Source of the DNA: a bacterium
GTDB lineage: Bacteria > SM23-31
Direction of reading: 5' to 3'
Assembly: GCA_965249485.1 (NCBI GenBank)
Contig: OZ252239.1
Location: 960,001 to 1,024,000 of the forward strand
DNA: 64,000 bases
This document shows, piece by piece, positions 31,035 through 41,861 of the stretch (its first letter is position 1; every line of letters starts with the position of its first letter). Both the position numbers and the translations under genes were made by a program. Under the pieces are notes generated by a model. The model was not told where the DNA came from and did no database searches. It saw only the letters and a list, made by a program, of their open reading frames with translations.

Positions 31035-32498
31035 TCAATGGATCAGTATAATTCTTTCCTCAGGCGGATGAAGCCATTCGACGCCGCGGCTCGTTACAAT
31101 TTGAGGATTTGAAAGATTAATTGTGACAGGAAAACCGGACCGTTCGGGAATGTTCATCGTAACAAAAAAATCACCGGCAAAAATAAAGTTCTCCTGAATT
31201 GTTAACTGGTCCCGGTCTGACCGAAATGGTGCAATCGAAGGACCCACCGTCACCAGGCTTCCGGCAGAATTGAACATACTGTGAAGGTCAATGGAAAATC
31301 CCGGTTTATCGGTATTGGCTAATGCTTTCTGTACTGATTCATAGTCTACCGTGCCGATATCGGTAAGGTAGGGAGTATATATATACCCTGCATCTTCAAG
31401 AGCCGAGATGATAACCTTCAACGTTTCCCCGGCAGTCCTGCCAATTTTTACATTTTCCCGATAAATCTCGCGGGCTTCCAATGTACGGTCAAAGGCACGC
31501 TGCAGACTTGCGGGAACACCGGTTTCCCTTTCTCTCATAACATACGCATGCAATTTTGTTTCTGTCATGATGTTCATATATATATGTTCAAGATTACCGC
31601 CTAATGCTATAAAATCACCCCGCTGAATGACATAGTCCGTGTTGCTGATCCAGGCCCGAACTGAAGGCGGCGCAACAGGTTCGGATTGTGCTGAATAGTA
31701 GACGACAGGCTGTCCCGGACCGGTACTATAACCGATTAGACCCGCTTTATAACTCTGCTCATTAGCCCATTGGTCTACATCCCCCAGCGTGGTGACACCC
31801 GGTGTGATAACCTCACGGGACAAAGCACGTTCGACAATCCGATGGTGTGTTTCTATGGCTTTTGTGTACGCGACAACCTCACTTTGAACCCTCCTCACCC
31901 TGAAATCTGTAATGACATTTTCTGCGGACACAATTCTCTGGGCATATTTCGGCCCTAATATTTTTTCCAGTCTCAGATACTGGGTATGAGAAATCCCGTC
32001 CGCCACGGCAAGCCAATTGGAAAAATTTACCGCAATCGTTTTCGGGTCGCGTTCTGCGACAAATTCCGTTATCTCGTTATAGACCGAGAAATCTACATTC
32101 CCGTAATCGTAACCTTCAATGGCGCGTGATACGTCGCGGGAACCGAGTACGTCAAGACTTGCAACAGCTCCGCTGCCGCCATCCAGTACGGCACCGCCAA
32201 AAACGCCCGGAAACATAGCCCGCTCGATCCTGTCACCCAGATCGGTAAAAATCAGAAAACCGGACGTCGATCCGAATTCATACGCCAGTGGATCGAGGTC
32301 CCCGTTACGGGTAACGTGAATCCACATGTCAACATTGTTGTCGCGCATTGCTCCCGGCAGGACAAGGTCAAGTTTTTCTTTTCTTATTTGGCGAAGAAGT
32401 TCCCTGCCGGACTTTGACGTATGGACACCCGGCTGTGCGTAGGCTGCTGGTACTGCGAACATCGCGGCAATATAAAATACCAATACTCGAGCTATCAT
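31035..32498 (-). CDS. M24-like peptidase paralog, exported
   Basis: LVLPGAMRDNNVDMWIHV, PGVTTLGD, SIDLH, VEWLHPP; GGAG RBS before 32498. Confidence 0.85.
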   Translation of the reverse strand: MIARVLVFYIAAMFAVPAAYAQPGVHTSKSGRELLRQIRKEKLDLVLPGAMRDNNVDMWIHVTRNGDLDPLAYEFGSTSGFLIFTDLGDRIERAMFPGVFGGAVLDGGSGAVASLDVLGSRDVSRAIEGYDYGNVDFSVYNEITEFVAERDPKTIAVNFSNWLAVADGISHTQYLRLEKILGPKYAQRIVSAENVITDFRVRRVQSEVVAYTKAIETHHRIVERALSREVITPGVTTLGDVDQWANEQSYKAGLIGYSTGPGQPVVYYSAQSEPVAPPSVRAWISNTDYVIQRGDFIALGGNLEHIYMNIMTETKLHAYVMRERETGVPASLQRAFDRTLEAREIYRENVKIGRTAGETLKVIISALEDAGYIYTPYLTDIGTVDYESVQKALANTDKPGFSIDLHSMFNSAGSLVTVGPSIAPFRSDRDQLTIQENFIFAGDFFVTMNIPERSGFPVTINLSNPQIVTSRGVEWLHPPEERIILIH

Positions 32499-32530
32499 GA
32501 CGTACTCCTTAAATGATTCGTGGTGGTAAT

Positions 32531-32559
32531 ATAGTACGGTAAGCATTGTGCACTTACAA
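32531..32559 (-). promoter_or_regulatory. Sigma70-like promoter within the repeat unit
   Basis: TTGTAA-17bp-TACTAT, about 30 bp upstream of the M24 start. Confidence 0.6.
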
Positions 32560-32596
32560 GTGTTTCCTGTTCCCCGGGCTGCGCAATTTGTGAACC
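32557..32596 (-). repeat. Box A repeat copy
   Basis: CAAGTGTTTCCTGTTCCCCGGGCTGCGCAATTTGTGAACC. Confidence 0.85.
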
Positions 32597-32653
32597 ATGA
32601 GCATTGCACTAAACAAATAATTGATTACACCTCACCGGAACAATCGATAGAAA

Positions 32654-35398
32654 TTATTTATCGATCCAGTAGTCAGGAAGTATTACTGCATTTCGTGCAA
32701 ATTCCTCGCCGTCATACGTGAGAGTTACCGTGTACTCTCCGGGCTGAACAGGAACAGCAATGAAATATTGATTTCCGCCGGATGCACGGTTGTAAGAAAC
32801 ACGTTGGTAATCGTGTGAAATTTCTTCTTGATCTGTATAAAACACACTTTCATCCCGGCCCCGCTGCCATTGAGCTTTTTCATCTTCGGTTTGTTCTCTC
32901 AGTTTTGTCATATTCCATTCCGCACTATTTAAGCCTTGATTGGTTGTACCTGTTATTTCGTTAATCACTCGTGCACCCTGGTAAATACGTATTATTACAT
33001 CGCTGTTCACCCTGTTATTCAAATAATAGTTCACAACGATTCCATATGGCTCATTCGGTCCGACAAAGTTTGAGGAACTGACAACGTTTTGGCTTGAGAT
33101 CACCCATTGTATTTTTGGTTCAATATCAAAGAGATAAACATCTTGTTCAAGGACATCCCCGGTGAGTTCCTGTAAGGGAGAAATATCGGTAATAAAAAAC
33201 CCTCTTCCGTGTGTTCCTACCACAAGATCGTTCTCGCGAGGATGAATAACAAGGTCATGTACCGGTTGCGTCGGCATGTTATTTTTCATTTTTGCCCAGC
33301 TCCTGCCACCGTCAATGGTAACATACACTGCTTTATCCGTTCCTAAAAAGAGCAGATTGGGATTTTTATGGTCTTCTCTAATGACATTGATGGGTTCATT
33401 TGGAAGGTTATTTGCAATTGATGTCCACGTTTCACCGAAATCTGTGGTTTTATACACAAATGGTCTGAAATCATCACTGCGGAGTCCCGTATACGCAACA
33501 TAAGCTGTTCCTGCCTCATGATGCGACGCGATGACCCTGCTTACCCGGTATCCGGGATTATCGGTTATACGATTATTCAGTTTTATCCATGTTGTGCCGC
33601 CGTCTTTGGAAAGTTGAACATTACCGTCATCGGTTCCCACCCAGAGGACTCCCTTCATTACCGGAGACTCGGCAATCGTTGTAATAGTGCAGTAATGAGC
33701 GTTGTCAAAATCCCCGATTTTCACCGGATCGTTCGTCGTGAGATCGGGGCTAACCTCTGTCCACATTTCACCCCTGAAGTCGGAACGAAGCAGAATGTTT
33801 GCCCCATGATAAATGACATCACTGTTATGCGGGGAGATCAAGATAGGGGAGTTCCAGTTGAATCGAAGGCTGCGGTCTTGTGCTATATACGCAGTCAGTT
33901 CTCCTCCTTTATACCGTATTCTCTTACTGCGTCCGGTCTTTTGATCTCTCCGTTGAATGCTGCCCCATTGCGACTCATTATACAACCAGCGACTATCGGT
34001 AGGATCCACCAAATTGTAGAATCCATCTCCACCGCCAACTTCCTCCCAGTCTTCGAATCGAATGGGAGTAGTGCCTTTTTTTGTGCTCGGCCCTTTCCAT
34101 GATCCGTTATCCTGCGTCCCTCCATAGACATTGTAGGGATACTCCATATCTACACCAATTGAATATAACTGGGCTAACGGAAGATTATCGGGATGATACC
34201 AGTTTTTTCCGTTATCGAAGGTAATTGCAAGTCCGTGATCATTGCCCAAAAGTACATGATCGGTATCGCGCGGATCGATCCATAGTGCGTGATAATCACT
34301 TTCATACATAAAACCCAAACCCCACGATTTTCCGCCATCGGTAGATTCCTGTATACTTCTGCTGATGACATAAATGCGGTCCTCATCATTCGGATCAACT
34401 CTGATTTGACCATAGTACGAACCACCGCCGATGATCTCTCCATCCGGACTAACCTGCCGCCATGTGCCTCCTCCATTATCAGTGCGGAATACGTTACTGA
34501 TATTTGTATTGTCAAATCTTCCACGGCGATGTGTGCCGTCGGAAATGATCGCATAGAGAATTTGAGGATTTTTGGGGAAAATAGTGAGGCCGATTCTTCC
34601 GATGGCACCGGAAGGTAGTCCACGTGTGAGTTTCAACCATGAATTTCCGCCGTTGGTTGTTTTATATATTCCACTTCCATTGCCGCTTTGCATGTAACTC
34701 CAGGGCGTACGTTCCCTGTCCCAGCTTGCTGCATAGAGTGTTTGAGAATCTTGAGGATCCATTACCACGTCTACCACACCCACGTATCTATCATCAACGG
34801 TCACCTCAAGCGTCTTTATCCATGTTTTGCCGCCATCAATTGTTTTATACAATCCTCGTTCCTGATTTTCAGAATAAAAGTGACCAAGCGCGGCAACATA
34901 GACAATATCGGGATTTTCCGGATGGATGATAATGCGGCCGATATGAAAAGAATCCCTTAATCCCATATTTTTCCACGTCATGCCTCCATCGGTAGACTTG
35001 TATACACCATCTCCCCAATATGGAATCCCGGGATCACTACTACTACCATTGGGTTCACCTGTACCTACCCAAACGATGTTTGGATCAGATTGGGATACTG
35101 CAATGTCACCAATAGATATTACATTCTCATTGTCAAATACAGGCTCAAAAGAATGACCATTATTACTAGTTTTCCACAATCCACCTGTTGCCGTTGCAGC
35201 ATAAAAGGTATACGGCTCCTGTAATGGCACGGCAAAATCGACAACTCTGCCGCCTTGACGAGTCGGGCCAATCGAACGGTATTCAAAATGTTGTAAGAAA
35301 TCCTGAGAAAGTTGTTGTCCGAATATATCGGATGTGCCAGAGAGGCACAATGGTAACAGTACAATATAGAACAAGGGGATTATTTTTTTACGTTCCAT
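32654..35398 (-). CDS. VPS10/BNR beta-propeller protein, paralog of 20196-22947
   Basis: YRSIGPTRQGGRVVDFAVP, Asp-boxes, HPRENDLVVGTHGRG. Confidence 0.9.
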   Translation of the reverse strand: MERKKIIPLFYIVLLPLCLSGTSDIFGQQLSQDFLQHFEYRSIGPTRQGGRVVDFAVPLQEPYTFYAATATGGLWKTSNNGHSFEPVFDNENVISIGDIAVSQSDPNIVWVGTGEPNGSSSDPGIPYWGDGVYKSTDGGMTWKNMGLRDSFHIGRIIIHPENPDIVYVAALGHFYSENQERGLYKTIDGGKTWIKTLEVTVDDRYVGVVDVVMDPQDSQTLYAASWDRERTPWSYMQSGNGSGIYKTTNGGNSWLKLTRGLPSGAIGRIGLTIFPKNPQILYAIISDGTHRRGRFDNTNISNVFRTDNGGGTWRQVSPDGEIIGGGSYYGQIRVDPNDEDRIYVISRSIQESTDGGKSWGLGFMYESDYHALWIDPRDTDHVLLGNDHGLAITFDNGKNWYHPDNLPLAQLYSIGVDMEYPYNVYGGTQDNGSWKGPSTKKGTTPIRFEDWEEVGGGDGFYNLVDPTDSRWLYNESQWGSIQRRDQKTGRSKRIRYKGGELTAYIAQDRSLRFNWNSPILISPHNSDVIYHGANILLRSDFRGEMWTEVSPDLTTNDPVKIGDFDNAHYCTITTIAESPVMKGVLWVGTDDGNVQLSKDGGTTWIKLNNRITDNPGYRVSRVIASHHEAGTAYVAYTGLRSDDFRPFVYKTTDFGETWTSIANNLPNEPINVIREDHKNPNLLFLGTDKAVYVTIDGGRSWAKMKNNMPTQPVHDLVIHPRENDLVVGTHGRGFFITDISPLQELTGDVLEQDVYLFDIEPKIQWVISSQNVVSSSNFVGPNEPYGIVVNYYLNNRVNSDVIIRIYQGARVINEITGTTNQGLNSAEWNMTKLREQTEDEKAQWQRGRDESVFYTDQEEISHDYQRVSYNRASGGNQYFIAVPVQPGEYTVTLTYDGEEFARNAVILPDYWIDK

Positions 35399-35436
35399 GA
35401 TTCATTCTCCATAGATAACATTTCGATGAGAAACGT

Positions 35437-35530
35437 GTTGGTTGTCAGATAAATGCGGATTCATTGTGTTAATTAGTAAGGTATGTAATTTGCTTATACA
35501 ACTACTTTCTGCTCTCAGGAATGTACGATT
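35437..35530 (-). repeat. Repeat unit (degenerate); a further partial box A lies at ~35577-35616
   Basis: CAACTACTTTCTGCTCTCAGGAATGTACGATT; TTGTAT-17-TACTAA; box B-like GTTGTCAGATAAATGCGGA. Confidence 0.7.
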
Positions 35531-35920
35531 ACTTATCAGATAAAACAGTATATTTTTCCTAAAATATTTTTCAGAACTTTTTACATACGGGCTTTGTAAT
35601 TTACGAGCCCTTGAAGTGGAAATAAATCGAGGTTAAGCTCTGGAAAACTCGAAGCTGTGATCCAATAATTATAAGCCAGTTAATTAAGTTTCAATTACCT
35701 TGAAAGACTTAGTAAAATTTAGAATAGTTATCACATTTATTTGTTAACACATTCGATTAATTTCAAGAATGAGATAATTGTATGACACCTCCTGAATCAT
35801 GCAGGTAAATTCTAATGCCAAAATTTGTAGTGTACATATATTTTGTATATATTATTATACATACCTAATTTGTTTAGAGCAAGATGTTATGGTGTACATC
35901 GAATTTAAAAGGAGAAAGTT

Positions 35921-37066
35921 GTGAATTTAAAACGCAGAGACTTTCTGAAAATTATGCCCCTTAGTGTATTATTGCAGGGTCTACCGGCAGATGTTAAATC
36001 AGACACAGTTCAAAATGGTCCTACAGCTATCCCTTTGCAATCTAGAGTGCGAAATACTCAGAATTCGAACCAAATTGATCAGATTTATAAAAACGCTATA
36101 ATAATAGATGCTTTGGTAATTACAAGCGATTGGAATGAAGAGTCATACGAGGCTGTAGAGCAGTCAGGTTATACCGGCATTCAAACTTCGCTACCTTCGG
36201 AAAATCTAGAAGTAGCTCTGAAAGCATTGACTGACTGGAACCAGCGTATACAAGATAATACAGACAAGCTCATGATGGCTATCTCTGCCGTGGATTTCGA
36301 ACGAGCGAAGCAGGAGGGTAGGATGGCCGTGATGTTTGGTTTTCAAAATGCAACAATGATCGAAAACTCCATCGACAATATTAATATTTTGTACCAAGCT
36401 GGTACTCGCTGTATTCAATTGACATACAACTCACGAAACCTTTTTGGAGATGGCTGCACTGAGCGGACGAACGCCGGGTTATCCGAGTTCGGTGTTGCTG
36501 CAGTCGAACGGATGAACCAAGTGGGTATCGTAGTAGATCTCTCCCACTGTGGTCATCAAACAACCTTAGATGGAATTCAATTCAGTAATCCCGGGGCATG
36601 TTTTACCCATACAATGTGTGAGACCCTGTACCCTAAACATCCCAGGGCGAAGACCGACGAGCAGATTAGAGCCATGGCCGAAAAAGGTGGGGTGATGGGA
36701 GTTATTGGGCTCGGCTACATGATAGGACCGGATCCCGGTGGGGAGACAACTATTGAAACATATGTTGACCATATCGACCATGCAGTGAAAATAGGAGGAA
36801 TAGACCACGTAGGATTGGCGGCAGATTTTGCTATTCAAGGAATTTCATCCAATGCGACGCGTGAAAATTGGTACGAGCCTCGTCTGATAAGATTTAAGCC
36901 GTCCTATGAAGTCCGTTGGCCACCGTGGATCCCTGAATTGGATACGCCTGACCGTTACAAAATTGTCGCCCGCACATTAGAGGAACGTGGCTATCGGTCC
37001 GAGGATATCGAGAAGATTTTAGGATTAAACTGGCTCCGGTACTTCCGCGAGGTGTTCAAAAGCTGA
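35921..37066 (+). CDS. M19 membrane dipeptidase family protein, Tat-exported
   Basis: RRDFLK Tat motif, IQLTYN, VDLSHC, THT, HPRAKTDE, DHVGLAADF. Confidence 0.9.
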   Translation: MNLKRRDFLKIMPLSVLLQGLPADVKSDTVQNGPTAIPLQSRVRNTQNSNQIDQIYKNAIIIDALVITSDWNEESYEAVEQSGYTGIQTSLPSENLEVALKALTDWNQRIQDNTDKLMMAISAVDFERAKQEGRMAVMFGFQNATMIENSIDNINILYQAGTRCIQLTYNSRNLFGDGCTERTNAGLSEFGVAAVERMNQVGIVVDLSHCGHQTTLDGIQFSNPGACFTHTMCETLYPKHPRAKTDEQIRAMAEKGGVMGVIGLGYMIGPDPGGETTIETYVDHIDHAVKIGGIDHVGLAADFAIQGISSNATRENWYEPRLIRFKPSYEVRWPPWIPELDTPDRYKIVARTLEERGYRSEDIEKILGLNWLRYFREVFKS

Positions 37067-37148
37067 ATACCATGTAATAATATATTTAATTGTTGTCTAT
37101 ATAGCTAATTGTGATATTACAAAAAATAAGTTATAAGGAGAATACCCT

Positions 37149-37754
37149 ATGAAATTCAATTCTTTTTACACACGGTTAAAACCAAACTATAACTATACTA
37201 AATCAATAATCAGTTGTGTGATCTTGATACAGTTATTCTTCATAGGTTGCCAAAAACCATCAACACAGCAAGATGATGCTACAACCAATACGTTCAATGC
37301 TGAAGAAAAACTTGAGGAATTAGATATTACCTTGCCGCAGTCTCCGGAACCGGTTGCCAACTATGTCAATGCTGTCAGGACAGGCAATCTCTTATTTTTG
37401 GCAGGTAAAGGACCCAAACGTTCGGACGGTAGTGAAATCACAGGTAAGCTGGGTAGAAATCTCAATGTAGAGGAAGGTTATGAGGCAGCACGGTTGACGG
37501 CAATCAACCAGCTTGCAGTACTGAAAGCAACGTTGGGGGATTTGAATAAAGTGAAACGAATTGTAAAGGTTCTCGGAATGGTCAATTCAGATCCATCGTT
37601 TGTAGACCATTCGAAGGTGATCAATGGATTTTCGGATCTGATGGTGGCAGTGTTTGGAGATCGGGGACGGCATGCACGCGCGGCGGTGGGCATGGCATCT
37701 TTGCCGCGGGGTCAGGCAGTGGAAATTGAGATGATTGTAGAAGTCGAAAAGTAG
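37149..37754 (+). CDS. RidA/YjgF-like (Atu1372 subfamily) protein with lipoprotein signal
   Basis: PVANYV, GFSDL, GRHARAAVG, LPRGQAVEIE; lipobox FFIGC. Confidence 0.88.
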   Translation: MKFNSFYTRLKPNYNYTKSIISCVILIQLFFIGCQKPSTQQDDATTNTFNAEEKLEELDITLPQSPEPVANYVNAVRTGNLLFLAGKGPKRSDGSEITGKLGRNLNVEEGYEAARLTAINQLAVLKATLGDLNKVKRIVKVLGMVNSDPSFVDHSKVINGFSDLMVAVFGDRGRHARAAVGMASLPRGQAVEIEMIVEVEK

Positions 37755-38068
37755 GGATTTCGTGAACAGTATGCGAAATTATATTTGTTCCTTAATAATT
37801 ATTTTGTTAGGTTTTCAATATTGAATTTCGAATAGAATTCTAACAATAAATTCAACGCTTATCTATTTTTACATGCAAACTGCGGTCGCTTTTGGATACG
37901 TCATTATAGATTATTAGTACAAACCAATGCTGGAAACGGTATCCGAGGTGACAGTAATTTGTGTATCGTTTGAATGTTATGGATATTTGCACACTTCTGT
38001 TTAGTCCTTCCTGAATTCATAGCGTCTACTAATTTTTGTACATAAAAATAAATAATGAGGGAGCATTT

Positions 38069-39710
38069 ATGCAGTTCAAACGAGCATATATTTTAATTGC
38101 AATTATCTATTGTAGTATGTCTGCATTAGTCTTCTGTAGTCCTGTGAGCAATGAAGCAGGCGAAATCGGTTCCAGCAGTTATGATGACCTTGTTAATCTT
38201 TTCAAAGAGTTTCGTGAATTCCAAAAGCCAGAAGTTATTAATGGTGTGCCTGACTATACAAAAGAAGCAATGACAGAACGGTGGAACGGATTGTCAAAAT
38301 TCCAGAAACGTCTTACTGCAATTGATATAACCGAGTGGCCGGTATCACAGCAGGTCGATTACCATTTGGTACGCGCTGAGATGAATGGACTCGATTTCTT
38401 TCACCGGGTACTCCGGCCCTGGTCACGTGATCCCTATTTTTATCTTATGACTCAAGAGCTTGCCGGACCATCTAAATTACTTTTTCTCCGGTATTCAGAA
38501 CCTCCATTACCTTTATCTGCCGAAGGAGCAGCAGAGCTTCGGAGTACACTTCAATCGTTACCCAAGCTATACGAACAAGCAAAAATAAATCTTACGGAAG
38601 GATCGGAGGGTCTGGCGAATCTTGCCATCCATATTAATTGAGAAAGAAATTGCTAACTACAATGATCTTGCGACCCAGCTGTTAGAGCACCATCCAGATA
38701 TGATTCCATTCGTGAAGAAATCCATAACTGCCGTGGAAGACTATGGCAAATGGTTAGAGGAGAACAAAAGCAGAATGACTGCACCTATCGGCATAGGAAA
38801 AGAGAACTTTAACTGGTGGATGAAGAATGTTCAACTCTTTCCCTACACTTGGGATGAGCTATTGGCTATAGCACAGATAGATTATGAACGTGCGATAACA
38901 TTTCTAAAATTAGAGGAACACAAGCATCGAAATATTCCACTGCTTGAGCCGGTCACATCCGGAGCAGAATTTAACCGAAGAGACGACTATTTCCAGCGGT
39001 ACCTTATTCAATTCATCCGAGAAAAAGAAATTTTAACAGTTCCCGACTACCTGGTGCCATTCGAAAATCCTCCCAGGGCTGATTCCCCCGGTCAGCAGGG
39101 TGTCGGTACACGAGATTTTGTGGAGCAAATGAATGATCGTTTAACATTGAATGTCAGAAGCCACAACCTTATCGGTCACAGATTGGATACTTTGAGACAC
39201 ATGCGAGATAACCGTACAATCCGGGGAGCTGACCGCCTCTATACGATAGACATGATCCGTTATGGTGGACTTGCTTACAGCTTGGGATTAATTATGAATC
39301 ATACTGGAATATACAATGAATATCCAAGAGGCAGCGAACTCAACTTCATCGATCAGGCCTTCCGTGCTATACGTTCAATTGTAGACTTGAAGATGCACAG
39401 CAACGAATTTACCGTAGCTGAAGGACAGCAATATTTTATCGAAAATGTTCCATACGGATGGACCCTCCCAGATGACCAAGATGTATGGTTGGATACAGAA
39501 ATAACTCTAAGCATTCCAGGTTTCCATACGGGCATAAACGCGGGTAAAACCCAGTTCTTTTCACTATTTGCAAATCGAGCTGATCAACTTGGGGACCAAT
39601 TTATCTTAAAAGATTTTATAGATGAGTTCTTTGCGGCTGGAATGATACCTATGTCTCTCACGAAGTGGGAGATGACCGGTCTTACAAATGAGATTGAAAA
39701 ACTTTGGTAA
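38069..39710 (+). pseudogene. DUF885 family lipoprotein (single +1 frameshift at ~38636)
   Basis: QQVDYHLVRAEMNGLDF in the first ORF and RAIRSIVDLKMH...AAGMIPMSL in the second; ATTAATT at the junction, possibly a sequencing error. Confidence 0.8.
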
Positions 39711-40173
39711 TAATATGAAACTTTAATACACTACTCTGTTTCATACCAACTTTTAGTGACCAGGTGACAAAGCCATCTTCAGTACGAATTATAGATTAAC
39801 TGTTTATTGAACCGTCAATATCTATCGCACGTAATTCCAAGGTGCCTACTTTTTCGAATGTAAGGAGATCATGGTTTAGTCAGGAGAAATTTCAGGGTTA
39901 ATCTCATATCCGGGTCTATATAATTATTACTATTAAAAAACCCAACACACATTTGTCATTCAGTTTCTGAGAAACCGATGGAGCATCTGTGCACTCCAAA
40001 GAAGATGAATATGCATGGAAATTTGAATTCGTTTTTTTATATAGGGGCTTCATATATACAAAACAAGATAATAATTATATAGTAAGGTCAATATAGTATC
40101 AAAAATAGAGAATACCTTGATGTTTATAGAATTATTATTAACTTAATTATGCAATTTAAATATAATTTATGAC

Positions 40174-40941
40174 ATGAATATTTCGTTCAACAATAAAACC
40201 ATAATTGTCACGGGAGGGACATCAGGAATTGGAAAGGAATCTGCAATTCAATTTTTAGAATCCGGAGGCAAAGTAATTGTACTTGGAAGAAATAAATCCA
40301 AAATTTCAAAAGAATTAAAATCCAATCCAAGTAAATTATTTTATTTCAAATGTGATGTTTCAAAACACGATGAAATTAAAGCAACGTTCGCTATTTTAAA
40401 GACAAAATTTGGCACTATTGACGTATTAATCAACAATGCAGGAATACAAACATATGGAAATGTTATAAATACCGATGAAGAATTATGGGATCTTACAATG
40501 GATACAAATCTAAAAAGTATCTATTTATGTTCAAAGTATGTAATACCATTAATGAAGAAATCCATTCATCCAGTAATCATTAATGTTGGAAGTGCACAGG
40601 GATTTATTTCACAAAAAAACGTAACGGCTTATGCAACGAGTAAAGAAGCATTGCATGGTCTTACAAGATCAATAGCTATTAATTTTTCACCTAAAATCAG
40701 ATGTCTTGCTGTTTGCCCAGGAGCAGTTTATACACCTATGCTTGAAAAAGATTTAGAAAGCTTTGAAAATAAAGAGGCAATAATAGAAGAGACCAACAAT
40801 ATTCACCTTTTACAGAGAATTGCCAGACCAGATGAAATTGCTAACTTCATCACGTTTTTAGCTAGTGATAAAGCAAGTTTTGCAACGGGACATACCTATA
40901 GAGTGGATGGAGGTATAGGATTAAAAATAGAAGGATCTTAA
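40174..40941 (+). CDS. SDR family oxidoreductase (aldose dehydrogenase-like)
   Basis: TGGTSGIG, NNAG, YATSK. Confidence 0.9.
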   Translation: MNISFNNKTIIVTGGTSGIGKESAIQFLESGGKVIVLGRNKSKISKELKSNPSKLFYFKCDVSKHDEIKATFAILKTKFGTIDVLINNAGIQTYGNVINTDEELWDLTMDTNLKSIYLCSKYVIPLMKKSIHPVIINVGSAQGFISQKNVTAYATSKEALHGLTRSIAINFSPKIRCLAVCPGAVYTPMLEKDLESFENKEAIIEETNNIHLLQRIARPDEIANFITFLASDKASFATGHTYRVDGGIGLKIEGS

Positions 40942-40942
40942 T

Positions 40943-41836
40943 ATGTCAATAAATATTAAGATTATCTGCAGTGAACTTCTTTTATGTGGAGAAGGTCCTA
41001 TATGGGTCCCGCAAAATCAAAAGTTATTTTGGACTGATAGCGACAGAACAAATATTCGTTGTTACAATGAAAATGATAGTAGTTGGGAAGTAATTAACGA
41101 TAGCATTAATGCAAGTTCATTAGCCTTGCACACAGATGACGGACTTATATTTGGTTGTAAAACAGGATTTTATCATTTAGATAAAAATGGCAATGTTGAA
41201 TCCATTGCTCAAGTATGTGAAAAAGAAAATATATCAAATATTAACGATATAATCGCTGATCCTTTAGGTAGAGTTTATGGAGGACAAGATAGTTTTGATC
41301 CCGAACAAGAATATGAAACAGGATATTTATATAAAATTAACCTTGATAGAAGCGTCTCTATTATTGAAGAAGGATTACACTTATCTAATGGTATGGGCTT
41401 TAGCCCAGATCTAGAGTCATTTTATTTAGTTGATACCATTCTACGAACTATTTATTTGTATGATTTTAACGTGACATCCGGAACAATTACTAACAAGAAA
41501 ATATTTGCAATTCTCGATAAGAATGAAGGATTACCAGATGGATTAACTGTAGATTCTGAAGGATATGTATGGGTTGCTAGATTTCTTGGAAATGGTTTAT
41601 CCAGATATGATCCTGATGGAAAAATAGAAAGAAAAATTGAGTTACCAATTGCTCAACCCACTTCATTGACGTTTGGAGGCAAAGATTATAATCATATTTA
41701 TGTTACTTCTGCTTCATTATATTGGGAAACAGACATGGCTCCAAATAATCATAACTACAAAATGCCGAGAGGTGGAGAATTAATAAAAATAGAGCAGAAT
41801 ATTATGGGAAAACCTGAATATTTAGCAAGAGTTTAA
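40943..41836 (+). CDS. SMP-30/gluconolactonase family sugar lactonase
   Basis: GEGPIW, IND, SNGMGFSPD, PDGLTVD. Confidence 0.92.
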   Translation: MSINIKIICSELLLCGEGPIWVPQNQKLFWTDSDRTNIRCYNENDSSWEVINDSINASSLALHTDDGLIFGCKTGFYHLDKNGNVESIAQVCEKENISNINDIIADPLGRVYGGQDSFDPEQEYETGYLYKINLDRSVSIIEEGLHLSNGMGFSPDLESFYLVDTILRTIYLYDFNVTSGTITNKKIFAILDKNEGLPDGLTVDSEGYVWVARFLGNGLSRYDPDGKIERKIELPIAQPTSLTFGGKDYNHIYVTSASLYWETDMAPNNHNYKMPRGGELIKIEQNIMGKPEYLARV

Positions 41837-41861
41837 TAATAAATAAATTAAATACAAAAGA

